Shown here in pieces: positions 39,955 to 54,200 of a stretch of DNA of 64,000 bases. The position numbers and the translations under genes were made by a program. Source of the stretch: Dimorphilus gyrociliatus (lineage: Eukaryota; Animalia; Annelida); assembly GCA_904063045.1 (NCBI GenBank), contig CAJFCJ010000005.1, forward strand, positions 420,685 through 484,684. The letters are read 5' to 3'. Below the pieces are notes generated by a model that searched no databases, was not told the DNA's origin, and saw only the letters and a program-made list of their open reading frames with translations. Each line of letters begins with the position of its first letter. Position 1 is the stretch's first letter.

Positions 39955-41122
39955 ATGAAACTTTGTAGTGTCTTGATCTCTTTTTTAGCAGTTTTAAATG
40001 AACCTGGTAATATTTCTTTGCTTCCATTTTGCGTTTTAATCTTAAATATTCATTGTTTTCTTTATTTTAGAAAGAGGCTTTTGTACATACACTCTTGAAG
40101 TTTTAGGTTCACCCGAAGTTCCGGAAGGATCCTCTTTTCAAGTAAAGTTATCCAGTAGTGTTGAAGGAGCATGCGTGTAAGATTGTAGCTTTCAATAATT
40201 ATCTAAAGAACGCTTTATTACATATTACTAAGATTTCATTTTATACAGAACAAAAGATTATGAATTAGACGCAAGCGATATTGAAATAACGAAAACTTCC
40301 CTTGTCCTTCCGGTTAATTCTGAAAAAGCAACATATATAGGAAAATTTTACGTACTATCAGATTTGACTGAAGAAGAAGACGAAGTTCATAAGATAACGT
40401 TTACCTGTTATTTCGAGACTTCTATTACGACGGCTACAGCTACAGTTACAATTCTTGATGGTGAAGAAGAGGATCCTCGCTTCATGCAAGTTGTCCAAGA
40501 TCAAAGAGATTTAGTTCCCAAGAAAATTTGTTATGATATTAAATCTGAAAATTATAATCAATTGGCAATTTATCACGATCTTGAAAAAAATATTACCATA
40601 ACAGGAACTCTTCTAGATGATTATTATCTACACGAAATTGACCTTTTATCATTTAATTCACACGTTTTTACAACAACAAATGACATTACTTTCAATGGGA
40701 TGAAAACTATTGAATGGAGTGATTGTAAGCAACGCTTTAACTGGTATGATACAAATTTTAACATAGACTGCCAAGATGATACTCTGCACGTTTGGTCTTT
40801 AAGAAAGTCAAACATCAATAGTTCATCATTTCGAATAAAGAGATCGCAAAATGTCAATATCGGCTATTATTTAGACATTTCAATAGATAATCTGCTTAAT
40901 TATCAAAAGATTAGTGGGATTATCGGTAGAATAGGAAAAAATGAATTTAAATTTTTTCAAAGTACACAAGAAGATAAGGAAAAAAAAATTGGTTCAATTG
41001 AAGTTAATGGTCGACTTTTTCCAGTTAGATTCTCAAAACGATATAGTCAAAAATGTTGGTTATTGAATGTCAATGATTTACTATTTCCTTATAAACTTGA
41101 CAGTTATCTTTCTCAAAAGTAA
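39955..41122 (+). CDS. Secreted protein, Calx-beta-like domain plus ITIH-C/VWD-like domain (3 exons, about 343 aa)
   Basis: Exons 39955-40006, 40071-40176 and 40249-41122 splice in frame; MKLCSVLISFLAVL signal; KDY..VLSDLTEEEDEVHKITF (Calx-beta-like); ICYDIK..LAIYHD..ITITGTL (ITIH C-terminus-like). Confidence 0.65.
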
Positions 41123-41867
41123 TGTTTTTGCTATTTTTGAACAATGTCAATGATAGCAATGTTAAGCTAAACCTGGAAATAAACTACGTTATATATATAT
41201 TAAATTGTAAACGTGGTTGTCTATTTCAATATTCAAAATAGTGTATTGAAACTTTGTAAATAAACATGTTTTATTCTTTTTTATAGAAAAAAAGAGACTA
41301 AATAATAGAATGATCATACGTAACTTTAACTTGAACTAGAACCATATATATCTTTATATGATTATAATACGAAAGAAACGATAAATTAAACAATAGGCTG
41401 GTTCTCATTGTAGTCTACGGAGGGGGTATTATAATGAAAAGGGGGACTAAGTCCTTATTGTGGAATAAAGTTCTTTAGTACTATTATTAGTATATTTACC
41501 TGTCTTGTATTTGTGGTTTAAAACCAGTTTAAGAAAATAAACTCTTTATAAAGAGGGCTTTTTTTGTAATTTTGTCTTTTAATGAGCTCGTTTATTGCGT
41601 GTTGATTTCAAAAAAAACTTTTAATGAAGGGACGACAATCCGTAAAAATTTTATATATAGAAATTAAATTCGGTATTTTAAATCAGCTGTTGATAAAGAC
41701 ATTGGCAATAAAATTTAACCAACAATACATTTAGAACAGGAAACTGTTACACTAAACATAAAATCATTTAAATACAACTTTAAAAACGCTTGAACGAATA
41801 TGACTGTAATATAATCATTTAATGTACAACAACTTCCATTATTAATTGATTTTATAGAATTGTTTCT

Positions 41868-44800
41868 CTAGCATCTTTGCAACGAATACTTTTTCAATAA
41901 ATACTTTATCAATTTACCTAAACAATTAATATCTTTGTAGAGTAGATTCATATCTTCCGTAAGGTTTAAACTACGAAATCGAACACGAATGTTACTCTTC
42001 GAAGTTATAAATAGAACATCATCTTCATTTAACGTTTCGCATATAGTTAAATTATAGTTATAAAGCATTTGAAATATTTTAGATACACTTTTACAAATAA
42101 TAAATAAATCAATTGGTCGAAGAGATTTTTCGTAGTTTTTTATAGAAGAAACTACTGCAAATTGATTGTATTGGCAATGAAAAAATCGTTTTTCATTTGT
42201 TAAGAATTCAAAACCTAAAGAAATAAAGAAAAATGAAACCTGTGTACTGTCCTATATTTATATAGATACAATCTCTTTCATAACTTAGTTTATAGCCTTT
42301 TAATTCTTGTTGTCTGTTTAAACAATACGTAAAGATTTCTTTATTTTTAATATTTCATTGTTTTTAATGTTTACCTTTTAGCTAGAGTTAATTTTTCCTT
42401 TAATTTAATCAATTTAACTATTTCAGCCATGGAATAGATGTATGGATTAAGAGATGAATTTAACGGGATTATAATAATAATTATCCATACATAAATAGTA
42501 TCATTAACGACACTAGCTCCAAATACAGCTAAAATACCTTTTTTGAATAGATGAAAATGAATTGAATACAGAGTATTTTGATTGAATGTTAGTTTAGGAA
42601 ACCTAGAATGGAGATTGGTACCCAACACAGTATATTTGTCATAACTATAATAATACTAAAAGATAAAAGCTTCTTTCTTCTCTTCCGAAATGTTTCAGGA
42701 TTAACTTTTTTCGTTTTCAAAATCACTCGAAACATCAAAACGTACATAATAAGAATTGATATACAGCATATAGTCATAAAGAGGCTAAAAATAGCAAAAA
42801 AATAGAACCATCCAACCGTTTTTTCATTAGTTAAATGACTTGAAAAGCAAACTGTCGATGTTGAATAATAATTCTAATTGATTAAAAAATACGAAAACAA
42901 ATGTTATAATGAAGAAAAACTACAAACAATACTGAATGATAATGGAATAAGTGAAAGAATTAAACTTAGACAAAAGACTATCGCCGTGGCCATAAAATAA
43001 AAATAGAGAGTAAATAGATTTCTCTTAAAAGGATAAACAATAGCCACGTATCTTTCAAATGTTAATAATACAATAAAAAAGTTTGATGATAATACAGCCA
43101 AATTGATCATTATACCAGATAGAGTACAGAGAGTACTAAATCTCCATTTTTTATCGAAATATATATATACACCATTGTAATATTGATCAACAATAGCTAT
43201 GACAACGAGATATAGACCAGTTAAAAAGTCAGAGAAATTTAATCCCATATACCAAGAAAATGTCTTTTTGCTGGCAAATATTATCTTTAATACTAATGTA
43301 AATATGTTACCAACTATACAAGATGCCGCAACTAGCCATATAGCTATTCTTAAAATTTTTGATCCTATTAAATCTTTACATGATTTAATTAAAGATTTAT
43401 TTGGTGTACATTCAATCAATTTTAATGAAATTTTCTTAGCTATACAACATAATTGGAAATATTCATTGAAGAAATATCTCAATTCGGGAAGATCATCAAT
43501 CATTCGAGTTGTATCGTATTTATTAAGAGTTGTATCATTTAAATATAAATATTCTAAACTTTTGAACGATTTAAATGCTTTTGAATGAATATTAAAAAGT
43601 CTATTGTTATCAATTTCTAATATCTTTAATCTATTTAATCCAGAAAATAGGAATTCATCAATTAAATTTATGTTTGAATATGATAAATCCAAGTGTAAAA
43701 GATTTGGGAAATTATTGAAAAATTCATCTTCAATTTCATTGATTGAATTATTTTCAAAGTTAAGATATTGAACTTTCATTAATTTTACATTCAATCTATA
43801 ATAATTCAATTTTTCTATTCGATTATTTTGTAGATCAATTAAAATGATATTTGTTGATAATCTATTTATGATAAACTTTGTTAATTCACCAAATGAACAG
43901 TTCAATACTCGAATTTCAGTAGTAATTTTTAATAGTTTGAATAAATTATCAATTGGTTGTAAGAATTGTACATATCTGATAAAAGTTGGTAAAGTATCTT
44001 GAACAATACTTCTTGAATGACAAATTATTTCGTATAGATTTCTACATTTACAACCAATTAGGCAATTGATATTTGAGAAACAGTAAAACTCGTCATCTCC
44101 GTGCAAACAATCCAAATTTTCGTTACAAACTTGGCTAAAATTTATAAACTTTTGTTGATTTCTGCATTTGTAATATCCATTTGGATAAAAACTTTCTAAT
44201 AAAACAAGTAATTGTTTCTTTTAAAATTATCTTATTATACTGTAAAATACCGCAATTCGACTCATCATCGCTATAATAACAATGATTTATTCCGTCGCAA
44301 ATACGATCTATTGGCACACAAATGTTCTTCTTTCTACATTTATATTCACCTGGATAGCAGTTCATTTGGGGGAAACATTTTTGTAATTCTTTGAAAGGTT
44401 CTTGGGGTCTTGTTAATAAATTGTTCATAGAATCGTATACTAAACGACATCGAAATTGTGAAATTGAGGAATTCGATAATGCTCTTCTCCTCTTTGCATT
44501 CCTTTCTAAGGATTCATTGCATAAATCCTTTCCAACTTTATCTTTACTATTTCGATTGGCTATTGTATCGTGGGTGTAATAAATGCTCTCTTATACCTAT
44601 TTTCTTCTGTTCTTAAACAAAACTGCGGCGATTCGTCTATTGAATTTGCAGTTGGACAATCCGGCTTTAAATCGCATACTGATATAATTGGTAGGCAAAT
44701 ATCTTTACATTCAAATTGTAAATGACCACAAGCTAAATAAAAGATGGAATTGTTTCTTCTCGTTTTTAACTATTATTATATTTCTATTACGTGGATGGCA

Positions 44801-47800
44801 TTTCTCATCGCTTTCATCAAGACAATTACGTTCGTTATTGCATAATTGATTCGCTTCTAAACATTGACCGTTATCGCACCTTTCATTTTAAGAGGTTTTT
44901 AAGTAACATTAGACGAATATATTGATTAATTTATTGTATAAAAATTACTTACTTTAAATTATTATTGCATATAAAAGCTGAATTAATTAACTAACTAATT
45001 AATGAATGAATTAATTAAAAATTTGAAATTGAAATTACTTACAGCAGTTCTTTTCGTCACTTCCATCTTTGCAATCAACGATAAAGTCGCATACCAGTTT
45101 AAAATTAATAAATTGTTGAATATTTTCACATTGATAAAAGGTTTGTTTATTAATATTGCAATTCTGTTCATCGTAACCATTCAAACAATCATCTTTTCCG
45201 TCACAAACGTAATAAGTACTAATACAATATCCTTGGGGTAAACAACGAAAAGTATTCTTTAAACATTCAGTAAAGTTATCATTAGAAAGTTTCTTATTTA
45301 ATTCATCTCTTTGTAGTTTAAGTAAATCTAATTAGAATATTAATTATTTCAAATATGTAAATAAAGCAAAGACTGAGTGGCAATACTTAAAGGTTTTTGA
45401 CAGATTACTCTATTAAAAACTGCCTTTGAGCATGAAATTGTTGAAATACCAACCGAAGTGACCATTATACATTCAGAATTTTTTATCCATTTTTTCAAAT
45501 GATCAATATAGGCTATGATACGATCTTTGCAGTACCTTCGAAATTTTCTGTTTTTCCCCTCAAAGAAATATAGCAAACGGTGTATTAAATGTTATAGAGT
45601 AAAACTAACGTATTTGCAAATATCCAAGCCGATACTAAATTCAAAGGTAATTTTGCAGAAGTTAATGTTCGTCTATTAGAAGTATCAATAACATTTTGAA
45701 CATCTTTTTAAACAGGAATACAGCATGAAAATCTGTAATGATTAATTGACAAAACTTGAACTTACCGATTGGCAGCGAAAGACCTATTTTAAAAAAGTAA
45801 AGGAAATAAGTGATTAATACGTAAATTTCATTTAAAACTTGATGGTTTTTACTCGAATTTAAAGATTCGTCAACGTTTATAGTTAGAAATGATAATCTAT
45901 GATATTTAATATAAGAGATCACTTTTAAATCATTTTCGTTTGATATTCCAATAAGAGAGAGATTTTTTGAATGGCAAAATTCTTTTAAATTATTATAAGA
46001 TTTCCTAACTTCAAAATCAACGCTAAGATAGCAAGTTGCTTGAAAACTAGTCATATTTTCGTATGGACATAACGAAGGTTTTTCATTACCTGACGATGGG
46101 GAAGTTATGGAATACAATCTAATTTTATTAACTGTTATCTAATTACCAGTTGAATATGGTTTAAAACATTCCAATATATTATGAATAAACTGAAATTTTC
46201 AATAGTAAATATGTTGAAAATATAATAAATAGACTTTGTACTATCTGCGATTCGTACTAATGATTTGTATTGGTACTGTAACATTCCAATTTGAAGAGAG
46301 CATTCATCTAGCGAACGAACGTCTACACGACATTTTAATTCAAGTGTAGTTGTTGATAGTTTATTATATGTTTGTTTTTCTCTAATGAATATAGTGCTAT
46401 CCGAGTAACCAAAATATTTGCAGATTAACTGTTTACATATTTAAAATAGTTGGTTAAAAAATAATTAATATAAACGTACGTTTGTCCATCTCTTTTCACT
46501 CAAATCAACTAAAACGTACAGCCAGATATTCTTATAATATACTTCTAAAAAACCGTCTACTGATGATGGCTTATTTGTTGAATTTCTGTAGATAATTTCG
46601 CTTGAATATAAACGGAACTTGGGCTCTGCTCGAATTGAATGGTTTGAGAATTGTATGCAACAAGGAACGATTGAATGTAGAATTACTAGTTAATTTCTTT
46701 GGAATATTTAAGCATACGAGTTGACAGAATGTATTTCGATAGTGAAAATCGTGTTTGTTCTTTATTTTATGAAATTTACATTCATTCAATGTTGAAGCAT
46801 TCAAATCACACAAGAACTTTGAATTATAATGTAAATCGTATTGAATATTATCAATTGTTAAAGTTTGACAAAATTGTAAATTTGCTAAATGAAGTCTCAA
46901 TGAAAATTCTTTACATATCAATTTAGCTAATGTTATTCTTTCTAGCTGATCATTACGAGTTGATAAAAATGATACTGGACCATATTGTTCCGTTTCGAGC
47001 ATTACATTGAACTTTCCTTCAATATGTTCAATATTTTTTGAATGATAATATTCTTCGATAAGAGCTAATTTATATTCTAAATTATTAACAAATGATTAAA
47101 ACAGTCGTTTAATATAATAATGAAAATTACTTATTTTATCGTAATAAGAACATTTCAACGGTAAACAAGTTGAATTTGTTAAAAATCGAATACTTTCAAC
47201 ACTATTTCTATAATTTAACCAAATATTTTCAACTTTAAAATTCAATTTATATTCATTTTTCTCTAATCTTAAAACATTTTCACAAATATCACTACCAGTT
47301 TTTATCTTATATTGACAAAGTATGTAAATTTTCTTCATATACCGTACATGAACGTTAAAATTAGGAATATTTATAGTAAACATATCTAGTTGAGTGTTGA
47401 AGAAAAAGCATAAAAAGAATAATGAATGAATTGAATTTCAACAATACATGGTTTGTTGACTTTATAGCATTTTATACAAGTAATTGCAGTTTCTACAGGA
47501 CGAGTGTTGCACGCTGTATTCTTTCTGGTAAAATATATAAATGAATTGAATGAATGTTATTGAAATTCAAGTAATATTTTGCCATGTACTGTATATTTAC
47601 AATTTACAATCTTTAAATGAATTTGAGTTGATTTTGCAGTATATTTCAGCATTATTTTTATCTAAAAAAAAGGATTTTAATTAACGTGTATTAAATTACA
47701 TGTTTTTTTTACTATACGTGAGAAATTAGGACAACTAAATATTTGATAATAGTAATTATCGTATCCGTTTGATGAACAAATCTGATATCCAGTTGATAAT

Positions 47801-48033
47801 AAAGAATATAAATGCTTTTTATTCTTATACGGATATTTAATAAGATATTCATTGTTCAATGATTTTGCAGATATAATTCCAAAGACCGTTCTTGAATCTT
47901 CTTTTAATATTTTATTAAAGTCTACTGTAAAATTTTCATTACTTTTGCAGTTTTCTATCGTTTTTGATTTGTATAGAAAGACTTTATTAAGTAAAAGAAT
48001 CTTAAATAAAAGACCATAGTAAAGATTATTCAT
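41868..48033 (-). CDS. GRL101-type (LGR class C2) receptor A: SRCR-like/C-type lectin-like, LDLa repeats, LRR, 7TM, kinase-like tail
   Basis: LDLa CYPGEYKC..CDGINHCYYSDDESNC; LRRs LLHLDLSYSNI; TM3 LTFERY; TM6 CWVP; TM7 NSSLNPYIY; lectin-like CYLSVD..FCHSKNLSLIGI. Many exons, boundaries approximate. Confidence 0.85.
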
Positions 48034-48290
48034 ACTGTAAACAACTCTGTTTAAATCTCTCAGCAAAAATGAAAGTAACCCTTATTAAATTCACTTTCAG
48101 CCTCTAGACTTATTAAATTTTTCAGTCGACTCACTCCTCCCACTATCTGTTGTTGTTATAGTAACATAATTTTTAATCGAAAATTAGCAATAAGAATTAC
48201 AGTAATCAGGTATATGAAATATAAATATTGCTGTTCATAAAAAACAAACAGGAACAAAATCTCTGCAAAGTTGAATTAACTTTTATCCCT
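48034..48290. promoter_or_regulatory. Putative bidirectional promoter between the two GRL101-type genes
   Basis: Only 257 bp between the divergent presumed ATGs (48033 minus, 48291 plus). Confidence 0.55.
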
Positions 48291-51200
48291 ATGAAACTAT
48301 TAGTTATTATTGGAACATTGTATAATATTTTTATGCTTGTGTATTCAAGTGACTTGAATTGTTTGAACAACAGTGCTAGTAGCATAATAGCAGATAATTC
48401 GATAAATTCGTCTATAAATCATATTATAAGAGAGGATAATTATTCTATATTTGGTCCATTGGAGATAAGAAATAATGGACAATTTTATTATTTAAAATCA
48501 TTATCGAAAGGTTTACTGGATGAAAATGATTTTTTAACCGATTATTTATTTACATTAGGTAGAAGAATGTGTACTAAAATGGGATACGATTCTTTGTATC
48601 ATCAAACAATAATATGTCCAGAGTTTAAACGTTCGTTTCATATTCTTAGCTGTTCAAATCGACTATCCTTCCAAGTTTTGAACATAAAAATCAGTATAAA
48701 AATATTTTTGTTTATAGATAGGAATCAAGTGAAAATAAATTGCCAAACAAATTCAGAGAAAATAGTTCATTGCTTCCTGTAAAGGAAAAAAGATAGATTT
48801 TCTTCATTTCCTCCTTAATAACGTTTTCATTCTTTCTATTAGAGAAACATACTACTGTTCAAAAAATCTTTTTATCGATGACGTCATCTGTATAAAATGT
48901 CTTAAAATACAGAAAGGATGTTTGTATTGAATAAATAGAAGAAGAATTGAATTATATTGGTCTTTTTCTTTTTTTTTTTTAGATTTCTACGATACTTTAA
49001 CGGTTTCTAGGAAACCTTCGTATCTTCGTTGGCGAATAAACAACTTATCTTATAGGATATGTAAAAGACCTAGAATTGTTGGAAAATTATGCAAATTCTA
49101 TTATAGTTTTACTAAAGATAACTTTGAAAATATTTTAATTATTAAAAATAGTTCATTCTGTTTTAATATAAGAAATATGAGTATAATTAAAAATACAAAC
49201 GACAGAGAATATAGGTCAAGATGGAGTCGTTGTAAATTAAATAGAAATCCAGGTAATTTCAATATCTTATTGTAATCTATTTTAATTATTTTCATATAAA
49301 TAAAGATATAACTATTGAACAAAGAGAGCAGTTTTTCAACTATTTGAACAATAGTATTGAAAATGATCACCTTTTACCAATGATAGTTGACAATTACGGA
49401 GCTCATTTTATTTCTAGTCGTTCAAAAGTCTCAAACTTAATATTTTTAAATCTAGTTTGTCAACATTTCTCAAAGGAAACAATTCAAAAAAAACCTAAAA
49501 TATGTAAAATTGAAACTAATGTAAAATTATTGAATAGTATGAGATTTCTATACAAAATCAGCTGCTTAAAAAATGCTAAAAGACTATCAGATTGCCATTT
49601 GAATCGAAATATTGAAATGGTTCAACATGCACTATGTAAAGTTTATTGTAGACATCGGAATCAATCTAAACGTTCTTATTCAGGTATGGAAAATACTATA
49701 AAAGCTTGTTATAACAATAATAATACTATATTGAATATTTTCGAAACTAGAATTGAATGAGACGTTCAGACTTCTTACATCGTCTGAAGGGCTATTATAT
49801 AGAAATTCTACAAAATCTATGAAAAATCTTAAAGGTCATCTACAAACAATTAAACAAGGATTATGGTATTTTATTCTCATTCCAGACTGGTATCATCGTA
49901 TTTCAAAGGTTACTTTTACATAATATTTCAATTGTTTATATTAAACAGTACGTTTTCAATCATTTAAAGATTATTTGCAAATATTTCGGCTTTACGGACG
50001 GATCATTTACGTATATAGAATACTCTTCTGAAATACTCTTTCCAATTTTATTTAAATTGTACTGTTCAACTAATGCAAGCAATCTAAATAACTGCCAATT
50101 AGACGTCGATAACGAAGAATATCCTCCATCGTTTATAGGATTAAATTGTTATAATGAAATGAAAATTGAATGTAAAAATTGAATTAATCTAAAGATATTT
50201 AGAGAGAATTCATTAAACTATTTAATAAACAAGTTTGTAGATTGAATGATAGCTTTTTAATTGATGAAAAATGTTATAAATTGTATAAATTCGGAGAAAG
50301 GAGATCATTTAAATACGCTAATCAAATATGCAAAAACGTTAATACTTCTCTTATTGGAGCTAGTTTTATAGAAGAAACAGGACTACTATATGAAATGGCT
50401 TTATCAACAAGACTATCGAATTATAGAGCTATTCGTGAGGCATTTTTATGGGGTAAAATAATTGATTATTGAATTGTTTTCACTTGAAATAAAACATTCA
50501 TTTTAGGGATATCTGGTTTTGAACATCCAAGAATACCAATAGGTTAATATAAATACTACATAAAAAGCTTTAAAATACAATATTTCTTATTTAAGAGATA
50601 TATAGAAAGGTTAATAATAACAATATAACATTCTTTGTCAATTCCGACAATACACCAATTGATAGAAGTCATTGTTTTAAACCAAACTCTTTAAAGTTAG
50701 AAGGATAATGTTTATTGAAAAATCTTATTTGTTAAAAATCCTTTTATAAATTCAATATAGAAAAAAATATTTTGATTGTTTTACAAACTATAAAGAGTAT
50801 CTAGATGAAATGTATGAATGGGATTATCAACGTGATTGTACAGCTTTTGCACAATTAAAGTATACTTCCGTATCTTGTTATTCTGCTAATTTTTTAGTTT
50901 CTCTTTGCGAATACGAACCTGGTTTTTTTATTATTGCATAATATTAAATTGTATTGTAAATTCTTCTCTTTGTTAGAATTCGTAAAGATATCATTTGAAA
51001 GAAACCCAATTCTAAAAATAACCAATTCTATTGAATTCGTTTGCCCGTCCCATTTATTTGAATGTTTACCGGAAAAGTATTGCATCAATTTCTTAAGTGT
51101 TTGCGATGGTATCGTCGATTGTAAATCTGGAAATGACGAAGAGAATTGTAACCTTGGCAGACAATTTGTTTGCTCTCCAGAACGCTTTATACAATTACAA

Positions 51201-54200
51201 TTAGTGTGTAATCATAGAGAGGACTGCCCAAACGGAATAGATGAAAAAGGCTGCGGTATATATTTAATACAACAATTATCATATAAAAGATTACTTTCCT
51301 CTTTAAAGTGTTTGATTGTAGCGAAAGAAATCAGTAGAAAAATTTCCTTAAATTATTAAGAAATCATCAATTTTAACATTTCATTGACATATTTTAGATT
51401 TAAATGTATAATAGGCGATTGTATTGATCAAAATATGGTTTGCAATAATGAGAAAAATTGCCCAGATGGTTCAGATGAATTTTGTTCAGGTAAAAGACTA
51501 AATTGGAAAGGTAATAATCAGCTAAAGTTTAAAATATACAACTTAGAACAATGTGGAAAATCTCAAATAAAGTGTGATAATAAATGTATAAATAGCCGTA
51601 ACTATTGCGATTCAAAAGTTGACTGTCCAAACGATATTCTTGAAGAACGTGGTACTTGTCTAGAAGAGATAAGAAAGTAAATAGATAATAATGATTTTAT
51701 ATAAAACCAACGATTTCTAACTATGTAGAATTGCTGGCAAGAGCCTTGTTTGTAGTAATGACTTTCAAAAGTCTCTTCAACGTCTCTTTTATAATAGAAA
51801 TAGAAATTTTACCAAATGTAGAATTGTTTATAATAGTATGGGTGAACTATTAACAAAGATTCATTATCCCTACTTTGATTTGGAAGATTGCAAAGATTTT
51901 AAATGCAATATGGGTGAATATCAATGCGATAAAAGTAACTATTGCGTGCCTATTCAATACGTTTGCGACGGCATAAATCATTGTACATACGGAGATGATG
52001 AAAGTGGATGCAGTAACGTTTTCTAGCATTATTTTTACTTAACGACAACAATTTACCTTTTTACATATTTTCAATTAAGGAAATTTTTCACCGATGGGAT
52101 TTTTCAAATGTAAGAATCAAGAAATGTTTTTGAATATAAATCAAATATGCGATAAAAAGTACGATTGTCTTCTTGGAAATGATGAAGAATTCTGTTTTAA
52201 ATATGAAAAATGTTCCAAATTTTGCAATTGTTTTATGAATTATGAAATATCTTGTAACTTTCCTCTAAATTATGAAAATGATACAATATTTTCAAAATCT
52301 TATCAATCGATTACAATTGAAAAGATGTCATCTTTAAAAAAGAATACGTTTATTCCATCAAATAATCTAAAGTATTTGAATGTATCATTCGCATCATCTA
52401 TCAATTTGGAATTGTTTCATTATCCAAATATGATTGTTCTTATTCTAAGAAAGAGTCAACTGCAAAATATTCAAAATATCTTTATATTTCCACTAGAAAA
52501 GTTACAATATTTAGATTTAAGCTATAATAAACAATTGAAATTTCGTAAGAATGATTTCATTCACACGCCAAATCTTTTGTATTTGGACATTTCATTTACA
52601 AATATTAATAAACTTTTAAAAGATACTTTTAAAGGATTAAACAATCTTATTGAACTTCGATTAATGTGGTGTAAATTGATTTTAATTGATAAATATTCAT
52701 TTTCTTCTATGAAATCATTGGAAATATTACAATTAAATGGTACAGATATTACAGTTTCAACTGCAATTAAAATCATTAAATCTATGCCTAATTTATATGA
52801 AATTCATACAAATTTACATTTAACTTGTTGCTTGGCCAAAAGACTTTCAAATTTAGTTAAAATTTGTTCACCAAGTATCATAATTTTCAAGTATTGTAAT
52901 AATTTACTTAATAGTTCAACGTTTAAACTGATTTTTTGGATTATTGGCATATTAGGCCTACTAATTAATATTACGAATTTACTTATGAATTTAAATAAGC
53001 AATTTAGAAACTTTTACCAATGTTATATTTATTGGATAATAAGCGAAATATTAATTCATATATATACTATTTCAATAAGTTCAGTTGATTCGTATTACAA
53101 TAATTTATTCGCCGAAAATCAAGATATATGGAAAAGTAGTAAATTATGTAAATGTTTATCAGTAATAATATCATTTTCTCAATTAACTTCAACATTCTAT
53201 TCATTGATAATAATGAATATGAAATTATTAAAATTAAAAATATATAACAAATCTAATAAAAAGCTATTTCTCTTTACAAATTTTTTAATTTTAACTGTTT
53301 TTTTAACATATTCAATTTGTCTTGAATTTTTTCAAAAAGTAATTAACAAAAATTTATTTTTTTTTTATTTCTGAAAATTTTGTTTTTTTTAAAAAAAAAG
53401 GATAAATCAAGGAATTCTAATGTGTGCTTTAACTATTTACCAACACAAATTACAACTATACTTTCTTCTAGATCCTTTTATAAAATTATTAGAATTATCA
53501 TCTTTCTATTGCCGCATTCCATTCTATCAATTATCTTTTTAATAAATGCATATTTATTAAAAATATTCAAGTGGGATAGAAATAGTCAACATATCTTTAT
53601 TTCTATTACAGTTGTAGCGTTTCCAAGATGCTTCTTATGGATGATATTCATCATTTTAGGTTCTTTTTACCTTTCTGTTACAGTTCTTACTATCTTTACG
53701 TGTCTGTCCTTTTAACCTTAGAAATTGTATTGATCAACAAACATTCAAATTCTTCGAGTTTAACTCAAATTGTTATTCATAAATGGTTCATTATTATATA
53801 CTTATGGTGTTCTTTAACTCATTCTACGGTCATCTTCTATATGGAAATTAGGTCTCGAATTCATTCTAAACGTTTTGAAAAACAGGAAAAAGAGTAGTTT
53901 TATTAAAATTTTTCAATTTTAACTTCTAAACATAATAGGTCACTTTCTTTGATAGGAAAAATCAATATGAGAACATCAGAAGAGAGAATAGGATTAAGAG
54001 TTGGTTCAATCATTAATTTAATGTTAGTATAAATAATAAAGACAACTTTACTATAGGTTTAATGATATTCTCCGCAATAAAAGAATGTTCAATTTGTAAT
54101 TGTTTTTATAATAAATTGTGTCCTCAATCTATCCTTTGGCGTAATAGAAATTTTTCCTCTTCAATTATCATCTACTCTGAACTTATTAAACAATTAAACT

